This document shows positions 10,946 to 18,528 of a stretch of DNA of 25,609 nucleotides, in pieces. Source of the DNA: a virus (taxonomy: Duplodnaviria > Heunggongvirae > Uroviricota > Caudoviricetes); IMG/VR virus record IMGVR_UViG_3300030339_000018; one strand, 5' to 3'. The notes below the pieces were generated by a model. That model saw only the letters and a program-made list of their open reading frames with translations, was not told the origin of the DNA and made no database searches. The translations under genes and the position numbers were made by a program. Each line of letters opens with the position of its first letter. Position 1 is the first letter of the stretch.

Positions 10946-10983
10946 TCTACAAATACCTTTTGTATTGTTTTTTCTGTATTCAT
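10942..10983 (-). CDS. 13-aa mini-[16 protein letters not shown] (TGA stop)
   Basis: TAATG overlap with the dut stop and ATGA overlap with the next start; fills the gap exactly. Confidence 0.4.
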   Translation of the reverse strand: MNTEKTIQKVFVE

Positions 10984-11468
10984 TATTTTGTTCCTGTTGA
11001 GTTAAAGCCACCTTCACCTCTGTCTGTTTTATCTAAATGAATTACTTCATTCCATTCAATTAAAGATACTTTAGCTAAAACTAATTGAGCTATTCTATCT
11101 CCTTGTTGTATTTCAAATACATCATCACTTAAATTCATAAGTATAACACCAATTTCTCCACGGTAATCACTATCAATCGTTCCAGGTGTATTTAATACTG
11201 TTACCCCAAATTTTAATGCAGTACCACTTCTTGGTCTTACTTGTAGTTCATATCCTGGAGGAAATGAAGTGTATAATCCTGTTGGGATTAATACTCTACC
11301 ACCACTGAATACTAATAATGTATTTCTTTCTTCATCAAATGCTGCTCCGAACATATATTCAGAATTTAAGCCATTGGTAAAGTTAGCACGGAGATCCTGT
11401 CCTGAATCTCCGGGTTTCGCATATGTTGGGAGGGCATTCCCTCCATCATTTATTACGTTTACTTTCAT
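10983..11468 (-). CDS. dut: Trimeric dUTPase
   Basis: Five motifs: [38 protein letters not shown]. Confidence 0.95.
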   Translation of the reverse strand: MKVNVINDGGNALPTYAKPGDSGQDLRANFTNGLNSEYMFGAAFDEERNTLLVFSGGRVLIPTGLYTSFPPGYELQVRPRSGTALKFGVTVLNTPGTIDSDYRGEIGVILMNLSDDVFEIQQGDRIAQLVLAKVSLIEWNEVIHLDKTDRGEGGFNSTGTK

Positions 11469-11607
11469 CGTTTATTTTTTCTTTTTCTAATTTCTTAATT
11501 AACTCAACAAGATTATAATAACCTTGGCATTTAGTACTCATATCACTAAGAATACTGAAATGAAGTTCAATATATTTAAGAGTGTATAAATCCAGTTTCT
11601 TTTCCAT
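11446..11607 (-). CDS. Hypothetical protein, 53 aa ([18 protein letters not shown]...ESKRNK), TGA stop; not in track
   Basis: Translated by hand. ATG 11607 to TGA 11446-11448; overlaps the dut start by 23 nt. Confidence 0.6.
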   Translation of the reverse strand: MEKKLDLYTLKYIELHFSILSDMSTKCQGYYNLVELIKKLEKEKINDESKRNK

Positions 11608-11755
11608 TATTTTGTATTATTTCAAGTACTTTTTCTAATTCAACATATTTTTTAGTTACTGGACAGAATTTTATACTAATCCATTTATTCTCTATTATAT
11701 TAATAGTTTTTAATTTATTAATTTTTAATTCTATTTTATCCGACTCTAAACTCAT
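11576..11755 (-). CDS. Hypothetical protein, 59 aa (MSLESDKIELKINK...GFIHS); not in track
   Basis: Translated by hand; fills the gap between neighbours with short overlaps. Confidence 0.6.
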   Translation of the reverse strand: MSLESDKIELKINKLKTINIIENKWISIKFCPVTKKYVELEKVLEIIQNNGKETGFIHS

Positions 11756-11945
11756 TGTCTTTTAATGTATTACTAATTAATATTTCATAGTGTTTATAAC
11801 TACTTAATCTAGTACCATCTTCTTCAATACCTATGCATAATTCTTGTAGAAGAACCGTAGCAGTAGTTGAATTCATAACAATGAACTCAACTACTCCTTT
11901 CATACTCTTACTAATTATTGCTTCATTTAATAATTTTTGTATCAT
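11736..11945 (-). CDS. Hypothetical protein, 69 aa
   Basis: ORF in a tightly packed operon. Confidence 0.7.
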   Translation of the reverse strand: MIQKLLNEAIISKSMKGVVEFIVMNSTTATVLLQELCIGIEEDGTRLSSYKHYEILISNTLKDNEFRVG

Positions 11946-11955
11946 TTATTTTTTA

Positions 11956-12210
11956 TTAATTATCATAGTATACTTCATCTAATGGAACTGTTACTATTGA
12001 TTCTAGATGTTCCTCACTCCAATAACTATATTCACCATCTTCATCATTAGTATCAATCACACATTCTCTATCTGTATTGAATTTGAATTCTCCTTTATTA
12101 ACCCAACCTTCAATAAATCCTACTATAAACCCAGTATAAAGATCACCACATTCAGTAAACCAAACTTCATCTCCTACAAAAAACTTTTTCTTCCCCATTT
12201 CTATGCACAT
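11956..12210 (-). CDS. Hypothetical protein (F-x-VGDEVW start, SH3/KOW-like); alternative start ATG 12198
   Basis: ORF overlapping the nrdJ stop. Confidence 0.7.
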   Translation of the reverse strand: MCIEMGKKKFFVGDEVWFTECGDLYTGFIVGFIEGWVNKGEFKFNTDRECVIDTNDEDGEYSYWSEEHLESIVTVPLDEVYYDN

Positions 12211-14762
12211 TTCGAATTACCGCAATTAAGACATTGCTTGCATCCTGATTGATAAACAATTGTCTCCATTCCACATTCTGTACAAATTTCTCCATGAGAT
12301 TGTGTACCATCTTTTACAAATGGTTTTAATGATCTTTCAATACCATTTTTCCAGTTATTCATTCCTTTATTAGTGAACATTAATCCACCAACAACTTTAA
12401 TAACTTGTTCAATAGGAGTTTTATGTCTTAATAATGCTGATACAAATCGAGCATAATTCCAAAATTCTTTATCAAAAATACGAGATAATCCTCCTAATGT
12501 ATTAGTATATCCATAAGAATCAATATATCTAAAATCATATCTTGAGGTTCCATCATTTTGTTGTACTTTAATAATTTGTCCACTAGTTACAAAAGATGGA
12601 ATTGGAAATACATCCATATCTTTAGGGCCAGTAAATATTTCATAAGGTAAATCATTCATAATTCCTATAAATGCAACCCAATCTTTTTTCTCATTTTTAA
12701 ATTGTTCAACTTTACATTCTAATTCAATAGGTCTTTCTTCTAGAATGTCAGAAGATACATCTGCAGTTTTAGTTAAAATACCAGCTCTACATCCATCACG
12801 ATATACAGTTGTCCCTTTTAAATCATACTTCCATGCTAATCTATAAAGAGTATCTATAGTTTCCTTAGGAGTATCACTTGCTAAATTAATAGTAGAACTA
12901 ATAGAATGAGTAGTATATTTTTGTAATAAACTCTGAGTTTGAATTCTCACTTCTGGAGTAATATCTTCAGCCATATTATTATACCAAGGAGAGTTTTCAA
13001 TTAAGAAATCTAACTCAGCATCTGGCATTTTCATTAATACTTCAATAGTACTTAATGGATTTTTTGATATATACCATTTCTTAAAACTACCATGAATAAC
13101 TCTATTATTAGTATAACCTTGGCCACTTAAATCAATAAAATCAGGAGTTTCATTTCCATTACATTTCTTTCTGCGATTGTAATATGCCATAAATAATGGT
13201 TCACAACCACTTGTTGTACCTGCTTCAATACTGATAGTACCAGTAGGTGCAATTGTGCTCCAACTAATATTTCTCCTGCCATATTTTTTCATTTTTTCAT
13301 ATTGAGGTCTAAAATTAGTTCTCAAAAATTGATAAAATTGATTACCTGCCGACTCAAGATCTCCATCTAAAGGGTATTCTAAATCTTTATCATAAACAGG
13401 AAATGGATCATTAATAATTGCTAAATCAATAGTTGCATCTGATTCAGCTTTCATTTTGAGAGCCATGATTTGTTTAGTGATAGCTACATCTCCATAATCT
13501 ACACCTAATGCAGCACATAAATCTCCATAACCAGTTATACCTACTCCTGTACGTCTGCCATTTTGACCTACTTCATAAATTTTTTCCCAAAGGACTTTTT
13601 CATCTCCTATTGTTGCATCAATTATTCTTTGTACATGTTCAAGTTCTAAATCAACAAGAATATCACCAATTACTTGTGCTTCATAAAATACTTTATAAGC
13701 CTTATCTATATTAATTGTAGCATTGTCTTCAAATTGATTATCTACTAAATTGAATAAATTCACTGCAATTAATCTACAAGAATCATAAGGTGAGAGTGGA
13801 ATCTCTCCACAAGGATTTGTGCTAATTGCTCTAAATTCTGGATATACACTTGCAGGATCATTATCAATGATGGTATCCCAAAATAAAATACCAGGTTCTG
13901 CTGTATTCCAAGCACATTGAATTATAGAATCCCATAATTCTTTTGCTTTAATTTTCTTTGCATATGCAACTAATACACCATCTACTTTAATACTTTTTAA
14001 AATATTATAAGGAAATTCCATTTCAGATTCAAGTAATTCATTACATTCATAATCAACTGGCCACCTTAGTATATAATCTTCATTTGCTTCAACAGCTTTC
14101 ATAAATGTATCTGTTAATCTTACAGATATATTTGCCCCATTAATTTTAGTTAAATTTTGTTTAGCTAAAATAAATTCTGGAGAATCTGGATGATCAATAC
14201 TTAATGAAAGCATTAATGCTCCACGTCTACCATCTTGTCCAATAGTTTCAGTAACTTTACTGTATAATTCTGCAAATGGTACAATACCACCAGTAGTTTT
14301 TGCTGCATTATTTACATAAGCTTTTGCAGGTCTAATAGGAGATAAATCAGTCCCATTACCACCTCTACGTTTATAAATCTGCGACATATCTCTTGCTGTA
14401 TTAAAAATATCAGCAATAGAATCATCTGTTGGCGTAACAAAACAATTAGATAATGATACTAATTTTCCACTACCTAATCCTGCTAGTACAGAACCACCAG
14501 GAATTATATATTTAAAATCAGTAAATAATTCTAATAATTTTTCTTTAAAATCTTGATCATTTCGTTTTTTTCCATAATCTGATAAATCCGCATATTTTTC
14601 AGGAGATATTTTATTAATATTCATAAAATTATCTTTTCTTGCAAATTCTGATGCTAAACGATTAAAAAACTCAGATAAAGTTTCGTCATTTAATCTATAT
14701 TTATCAACCCACACTTTTCGTGCTAAATCATCGTTTTTGAAGTAATCTTCAATTTCTATCAT
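12201..14762 (-). CDS. nrdJ: Class II (adenosylcobalamin-dependent) ribonucleotide reductase, 853 aa
   Basis: TNPCGEI thiyl-radical Cys motif, SNCF, TIAPTGTIS and C-terminal CTECG...GCKQCLNCGNSKC. No ATP cone and no nrdB nearby. Start ATG 14762 lies downstream of the promoter; the track's TTG 14798 is inside it. Confidence 0.9.
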   Translation of the reverse strand: MIEIEDYFKNDDLARKVWVDKYRLNDETLSEFFNRLASEFARKDNFMNINKISPEKYADLSDYGKKRNDQDFKEKLLELFTDFKYIIPGGSVLAGLGSGKLVSLSNCFVTPTDDSIADIFNTARDMSQIYKRRGGNGTDLSPIRPAKAYVNNAAKTTGGIVPFAELYSKVTETIGQDGRRGALMLSLSIDHPDSPEFILAKQNLTKINGANISVRLTDTFMKAVEANEDYILRWPVDYECNELLESEMEFPYNILKSIKVDGVLVAYAKKIKAKELWDSIIQCAWNTAEPGILFWDTIIDNDPASVYPEFRAISTNPCGEIPLSPYDSCRLIAVNLFNLVDNQFEDNATINIDKAYKVFYEAQVIGDILVDLELEHVQRIIDATIGDEKVLWEKIYEVGQNGRRTGVGITGYGDLCAALGVDYGDVAITKQIMALKMKAESDATIDLAIINDPFPVYDKDLEYPLDGDLESAGNQFYQFLRTNFRPQYEKMKKYGRRNISWSTIAPTGTISIEAGTTSGCEPLFMAYYNRRKKCNGNETPDFIDLSGQGYTNNRVIHGSFKKWYISKNPLSTIEVLMKMPDAELDFLIENSPWYNNMAEDITPEVRIQTQSLLQKYTTHSISSTINLASDTPKETIDTLYRLAWKYDLKGTTVYRDGCRAGILTKTADVSSDILEERPIELECKVEQFKNEKKDWVAFIGIMNDLPYEIFTGPKDMDVFPIPSFVTSGQIIKVQQNDGTSRYDFRYIDSYGYTNTLGGLSRIFDKEFWNYARFVSALLRHKTPIEQVIKVVGGLMFTNKGMNNWKNGIERSLKPFVKDGTQSHGEICTECGMETIVYQSGCKQCLNCGNSKCA

Positions 14763-14784
14763 ATTTATTCTTTTAAATTGTATA

Positions 14785-14816
14785 CAAAGATACAACAATT
14801 TTTCAATTCTCGCAAG
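14785..14816 (-). promoter_or_regulatory. Bacteroidota sigmaA-type promoter for nrdJ
   Basis: Minus strand CTTG-N20-TATCTTTG. The 11-mer TATCTTTGTAT is identical to that in the promoter at 21001-21011. Confidence 0.8.
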
Positions 14817-14860
14817 TATTAAAAAATGTTAACTCTCTATATATTATATGTTTATAGATA

Positions 14861-15133
14861 TTACATATCTAAAAATTCTTGGATTAACTCAGGTGTTAAT
14901 TCCTTTTTACTTTCAGGCCAATATGCCGCATATTCGACCACATTTTCATTCTCAAATATTAAAATAGGTAATTGTTTAGCCCCATGTCTAGTCATTAAAA
15001 GAATAGCATTTTTACGTTGTTTATAATTATCAAAATTATATGTTTCTAAATAAATAGGATATGTAACTTTATCTAATATACTAAAAACATTATCTTTTGT
15101 TTCATTATTATAAACTAATTTAATTACTCTCAT
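14861..15133 (-). CDS. Thioredoxin/glutaredoxin-fold-like protein with no Cys
   Basis: HGAKQLPILIF resembles the cis-Pro segment of the Trx fold; adjacent to nrdJ. Fold call is from memory. Confidence 0.45.
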   Translation of the reverse strand: MRVIKLVYNNETKDNVFSILDKVTYPIYLETYNFDNYKQRKNAILLMTRHGAKQLPILIFENENVVEYAAYWPESKKELTPELIQEFLDM

Positions 15134-15389
15134 TTTCTATATAATATTTAATTATTTGTCCATTTTTATCATATAAGATAGTTAATGGAATATCTAGTTT
15201 AATACATGATAATTTTACTGCATATAATAAATCAAATTGATGGGTTCTTATTAGTTGAACTATATTTTGTAAATCTACAGGAGTTGGTTGTTGTCGTCCA
15301 AATAAGTCTGTAACATTTACAATAAATTGATTTAACTCACCTATTGTCATTTGAGTATTATTAATAATTTTCTCAATTATTTCTTTCAT
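15120..15389 (-). CDS. Hypothetical protein, 89 aa
   Basis: ORF overlapping the downstream start. Confidence 0.8.
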   Translation of the reverse strand: MKEIIEKIINNTQMTIGELNQFIVNVTDLFGRQQPTPVDLQNIVQLIRTHQFDLLYAVKLSCIKLDIPLTILYDKNGQIIKYYIENESN

Positions 15390-15429
15390 ATAATATTTTT
15401 TAGTTGTGAGTAGTATTTAAAATCATTTT

Positions 15430-15474
15430 AATTAATTGTAATACCAAAACTGAATAATGGTATTACAATTAATT
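15430..15474. repeat. Perfect 17-bp inverted repeat with an 11-nt spacer
   Basis: AATTAATTGTAATACCA (15430-15446) / TGGTATTACAATTAATT (15458-15474), intergenic. Confidence 0.95.
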
Positions 15475-15495
15475 TTAAATGTTTAAAATGAAAAA

Positions 15496-15723
15496 TTATA
15501 CATTAATAGATAAATAATCTATTTCATAATCTCCATGTAATAATTCTTTAATAAGATTCTCATTTTCTTCATCATACACCTCACTCAATTCTTCTGCTGT
15601 TATATCAGATGGGATTGTAATAAATTTAGTAATACAAGCTTCAACTAGTACTTCTTGAGTATTTTGATTCCAAGGTGCATCTTCTGTATGTTCTGATACT
15701 CCAGGTGGATAATTTGATAACAT
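15496..15723 (-). CDS. Hypothetical acidic protein (N-terminal SNYPPGV...APWN motif)
   Basis: ORF; YPPG...APWN is a recurrent motif in small phage proteins. Confidence 0.8.
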   Translation of the reverse strand: MLSNYPPGVSEHTEDAPWNQNTQEVLVEACITKFITIPSDITAEELSEVYDEENENLIKELLHGDYEIDYLSINV

Positions 15724-15724
15724 A

Positions 15725-16165
15725 TTAATTTCTTTTTAAAAAAATATAATCTACACCTTTATAATAGTAAATTTCTCTTGGTTCAGTATCTAATATATCT
15801 TCATAATTATTCAAACAATATTCTTCAAGTTCATCTTCATCTACTATAAAAGTGGATGGCATATAATTTGAATTTCTCATATTATATTTTAAATCTTGTT
15901 CTGCATTATAAATTTCATTAGGTAATAATTCATATTTAATTAAATTATGCATTTCTGTTGCTGTATAAATTAAATAATTATATTCATCTTCATCATTATA
16001 AGTAGCTTTGAAATTATTATCATCATCACTATCTTCATCTAACTCTACAATTTCTAAATCATCACTATCTATTTCTAGAAATTCTTCTAAAGCTTCAATT
16101 TTTAAAATTACTACTTGTTGTTCTTCAGTAAGGATTATTTCCTCTACATTTTCTAAATTATTCAT
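15725..16165 (-). CDS. Highly acidic hypothetical protein, 146 aa
   Basis: Hand count: 41 D+E versus 9 K+R. Confidence 0.85.
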   Translation of the reverse strand: MNNLENVEEIILTEEQQVVILKIEALEEFLEIDSDDLEIVELDEDSDDDNNFKATYNDEDEYNYLIYTATEMHNLIKYELLPNEIYNAEQDLKYNMRNSNYMPSTFIVDEDELEEYCLNNYEDILDTEPREIYYYKGVDYIFLKRN

Positions 16166-16466
16166 ATACTACTATTGTTTTTGTTATTGGAAATACTTCC
16201 TTTATCTCTTCTATTTCAAAATAATCATAACCATGTATACTAATCATACAAAAGTATTTATTATCTGAAATCCTTTTAAATATTGTTTCTCTAGTTATAG
16301 AACCACCATGACCTTCATCATAACTATCAATAGTAGAGTCAACTACTTCAAAAAGTAATTTTGAATCATCATCACAATCATCATCTATATAAATATCTTC
16401 AAAATAAGTAAGTTGATCAAAATTATATTTATCCCATTGGGATTTATCAATTATTTCTCTATTCAT
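16158..16466 (-). CDS. Acidic hypothetical protein, paralogue of 16459..16743
   Basis: FKRISDNKYF...EVFPITKTIVVYE. Confidence 0.85.
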   Translation of the reverse strand: MNREIIDKSQWDKYNFDQLTYFEDIYIDDDCDDDSKLLFEVVDSTIDSYDEGHGGSITRETIFKRISDNKYFCMISIHGYDYFEIEEIKEVFPITKTIVVYE

Positions 16467-16743
16467 AGATTGTAGTCATTACTTGTTTTGGTTGTACCTC
16501 CATTAAAATAAATTCTTCATCATCTTCAGTATAATCAGACATATTACAATTATAATTATAAAAAGCACTTGTACTAAAGAACTTATCATCAGTAGCTCTT
16601 TGAAGAATTACTTCAAATTCCCAAAGGTCATGATCAACTCCTAATAATTTTTTATAATCTTCAACTATTTCAAAATTATCAGATTCATTATCTAGAATTT
16701 CTATGAATTCTTTACCAAATATAATAACTTCTTCTTTAATCAT
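16459..16743 (-). CDS. Acidic hypothetical protein, paralogue of 16158..16466
   Basis: LQRATDDKFF...EVQPKQVMTTIYE; ends TAG. Confidence 0.85.
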   Translation of the reverse strand: MIKEEVIIFGKEFIEILDNESDNFEIVEDYKKLLGVDHDLWEFEVILQRATDDKFFSTSAFYNYNCNMSDYTEDDEEFILMEVQPKQVMTTIYE

Positions 16744-17509
16744 TAGTAACTCCTAATAAACGGTTAATAATCATAGTCTTTTCAAACTTATTCATAATAT
16801 CTTTTTTATCATCAGTTACTATTTGAGTAAATGCATTATATACATCAAATAGTGAAGGATCATGACCTTCTGGAATAAAATATTCACTCTCTTGATTAAT
16901 AAATAATTGTTTATATGCATCAATTGGAGTAGATACTGCAATTTTTACTTTACCAAAACCATAGTCTTGTGATTCTCTTAAAGAGTAGTCAACCCATTCT
17001 CCAAGATATTGTTTACGCATATCCCTACTAAGGAATTCACTTTTCATTTTTGCCATATTAATAGCAAAGTCATTAGTATATTCCATTAAATCCTTAATTG
17101 GTTTAAAATTAATTGGATCTCCTGGGATTAAATCTTGTACATTTAACCATTGAGGATTAAATACTGTTAAATTTGTACAGGCTTGATTCAAATATCCTCT
17201 ATAGATTTTAACTACTGGTTTCTTTACATCTATACCATATAAAAATCCTATAACTTCATCATGAGAATCAATACTGTATTTCTCAGGTAATACTGCTTGA
17301 ATTAAAACTCTATTAAAAGTTATATCAGTATTCTCTGTATTTGTGGTCATTTGATCAGGCATTTTTACTTGAATCCTAAAATCTTCTGTAAAAGCAGTCA
17401 TTCTTTCTAAAAATGGTTCTACATAATTTTTAGTTGCATTAAATTCTTTATTTTTTATAAGGGTTGACTTCCCTCTTAGCAATTCTGCTATACTTATTTC
17501 ATTTGCCAT
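16736..17509 (-). CDS. DUF932/DUF945-like conserved crAss-type protein
   Basis: GFLYGID...KIYRGYLNQACTNL resembles the DUF932 CxN motif region; family call is from memory. Confidence 0.55.
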   Translation of the reverse strand: MANEISIAELLRGKSTLIKNKEFNATKNYVEPFLERMTAFTEDFRIQVKMPDQMTTNTENTDITFNRVLIQAVLPEKYSIDSHDEVIGFLYGIDVKKPVVKIYRGYLNQACTNLTVFNPQWLNVQDLIPGDPINFKPIKDLMEYTNDFAINMAKMKSEFLSRDMRKQYLGEWVDYSLRESQDYGFGKVKIAVSTPIDAYKQLFINQESEYFIPEGHDPSLFDVYNAFTQIVTDDKKDIMNKFEKTMIINRLLGVTND

Positions 17510-17511
17510 TA

Positions 17512-17793
17512 TTAATCATTATTATTTTCATTTGCATATAATAAACCTTCATCATAACCTTCACTATATCCATTTTCGTACCCATTTTTATATCCATTTT
17601 CATATGCCCTGTCAGATTCTTCACTACAACCTCTATCATAACCTTCATCATAACCTTCAGCAGAACCATCAGCAAATGCTAAATTATATTCTTCAGCTAA
17701 CTGATCTTCAAAAATAGAATATAATTCTTCAACTAATTCATCTTCTTCATACTCGAAATTTTCAAGTAAAAATTCTCTTATATTTTCTTTCAT
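17512..17793 (-). CDS. Acidic protein with GY(D/E/K/S)x tetrapeptide repeats (FliH/Yae1-like GxxxG repeat)
   Basis: EGYDEGYDRG...ENGYKNGYENGYSEGYDEG. Confidence 0.8.
   Translation of the reverse strand: MKENIREFLLENFEYEEDELVEELYSIFEDQLAEEYNLAFADGSAEGYDEGYDRGCSEESDRAYENGYKNGYENGYSEGYDEGLLYANENNND
17544..17659. repeat. 20-bp direct repeat within a 12-bp-periodic coding repeat
   Basis: aaccttcatcataaccttca at 17544-17563 and 17640-17659. Confidence 0.9.
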
Positions 17794-17794
17794 A

Positions 17795-18160
17795 TTAATA
17801 ACTTATTTTTTTTCCACATTCAGGACAATAATTTTGTTCATTAAATTTTGCATCATCACAACAATTAACTATTTTTAATTCTCTTTTTTTAATTAAATAA
17901 CTATATTGTTTAACTAATTCATCTAAATTTAAAAATTCTAATTCTGGATATTCATCTGTATCTTCTAAATCTTCAGGATCATATAATAAATCTTTATTGA
18001 CATGATAATTTATATAATCTTGTATAAAACTCTCTAGTTCATAATTACTATAAATATCTATATCATTATCTTTAATAAATTCCTCAATATCAAATTCAAT
18101 ATCTGTATTAAATAATTTATTAAGTTGGATTGTATATCTGCTTTTTATTTTTACTATCAT
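17795..18160 (-). CDS. Acidic protein with a C-terminal zinc-ribbon-like Cys cluster
   Basis: NCCDDAKFNEQNYCPECG. Confidence 0.8.
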   Translation of the reverse strand: MIVKIKSRYTIQLNKLFNTDIEFDIEEFIKDNDIDIYSNYELESFIQDYINYHVNKDLLYDPEDLEDTDEYPELEFLNLDELVKQYSYLIKKRELKIVNCCDDAKFNEQNYCPECGKKISY

Positions 18161-18528
18161 AATTTACAATTTTCTAAATTAAATTCATATTCAAAATCTT
18201 CACTTTCTTCCATAAATTGAATAGGAGGAATTTCTCCATTCTTTAATTTATAAGTATAAAATTTATTATGTAGTAAAGGTAATCCTTCTACATCTGAATC
18301 ATATTCAGATTGCATATAAGCTATATCCTCTGCAAAGTTTAAATAAGGATAATCTTCTTCTTTAATATCTTCATCATCATATGATGTATTATATAAACCT
18401 GCTGGAGTTTGTTTTACATCATGAAAATATTTACAGAAATGATCAATAAAATCTTGATTAATTACTGTTTCATCTATTTCAACTGTATAAATCTTTTCAG
18501 ATTTAATTGTTACTTCTATTGTTTTCAT
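18157..18528 (-). CDS. Acidic hypothetical protein, 123 aa; TGA stop
   Basis: Ends TTA TGA TAG TAA; ATGA overlap with the next gene. Confidence 0.85.
   Translation of the reverse strand: MKTIEVTIKSEKIYTVEIDETVINQDFIDHFCKYFHDVKQTPAGLYNTSYDDEDIKEEDYPYLNFAEDIAYMQSEYDSDVEGLPLLHNKFYTYKLKNGEIPPIQFMEESEDFEYEFNLENCKL

Noticed and set aside
12201-14762. Intron or intein in nrdJ (common in crAss-like phages)
   Set aside because: Continuous ORF of normal length with uninterrupted motifs and no homing endonuclease.
14763-14860. Cobalamin riboswitch or NrdR box upstream of nrdJ
   Set aside because: The spacer is too short and AT-rich for a B12 riboswitch. CTCTATATATTAT is only a partial NrdR-like match, expected by chance in AT-rich DNA.
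15390-15495. 8-codon ORF MILNTTHN after the inverted repeat
   Set aside because: Too short, with no coupling overlap; indistinguishable from chance.
9023-16461. TAG recoding (Gln)
   Set aside because: TAG ends the ligase (VRDYE), NrdJ (SKCA) and 16459..16743 at natural C-termini with start overlaps, and never interrupts a long gene.
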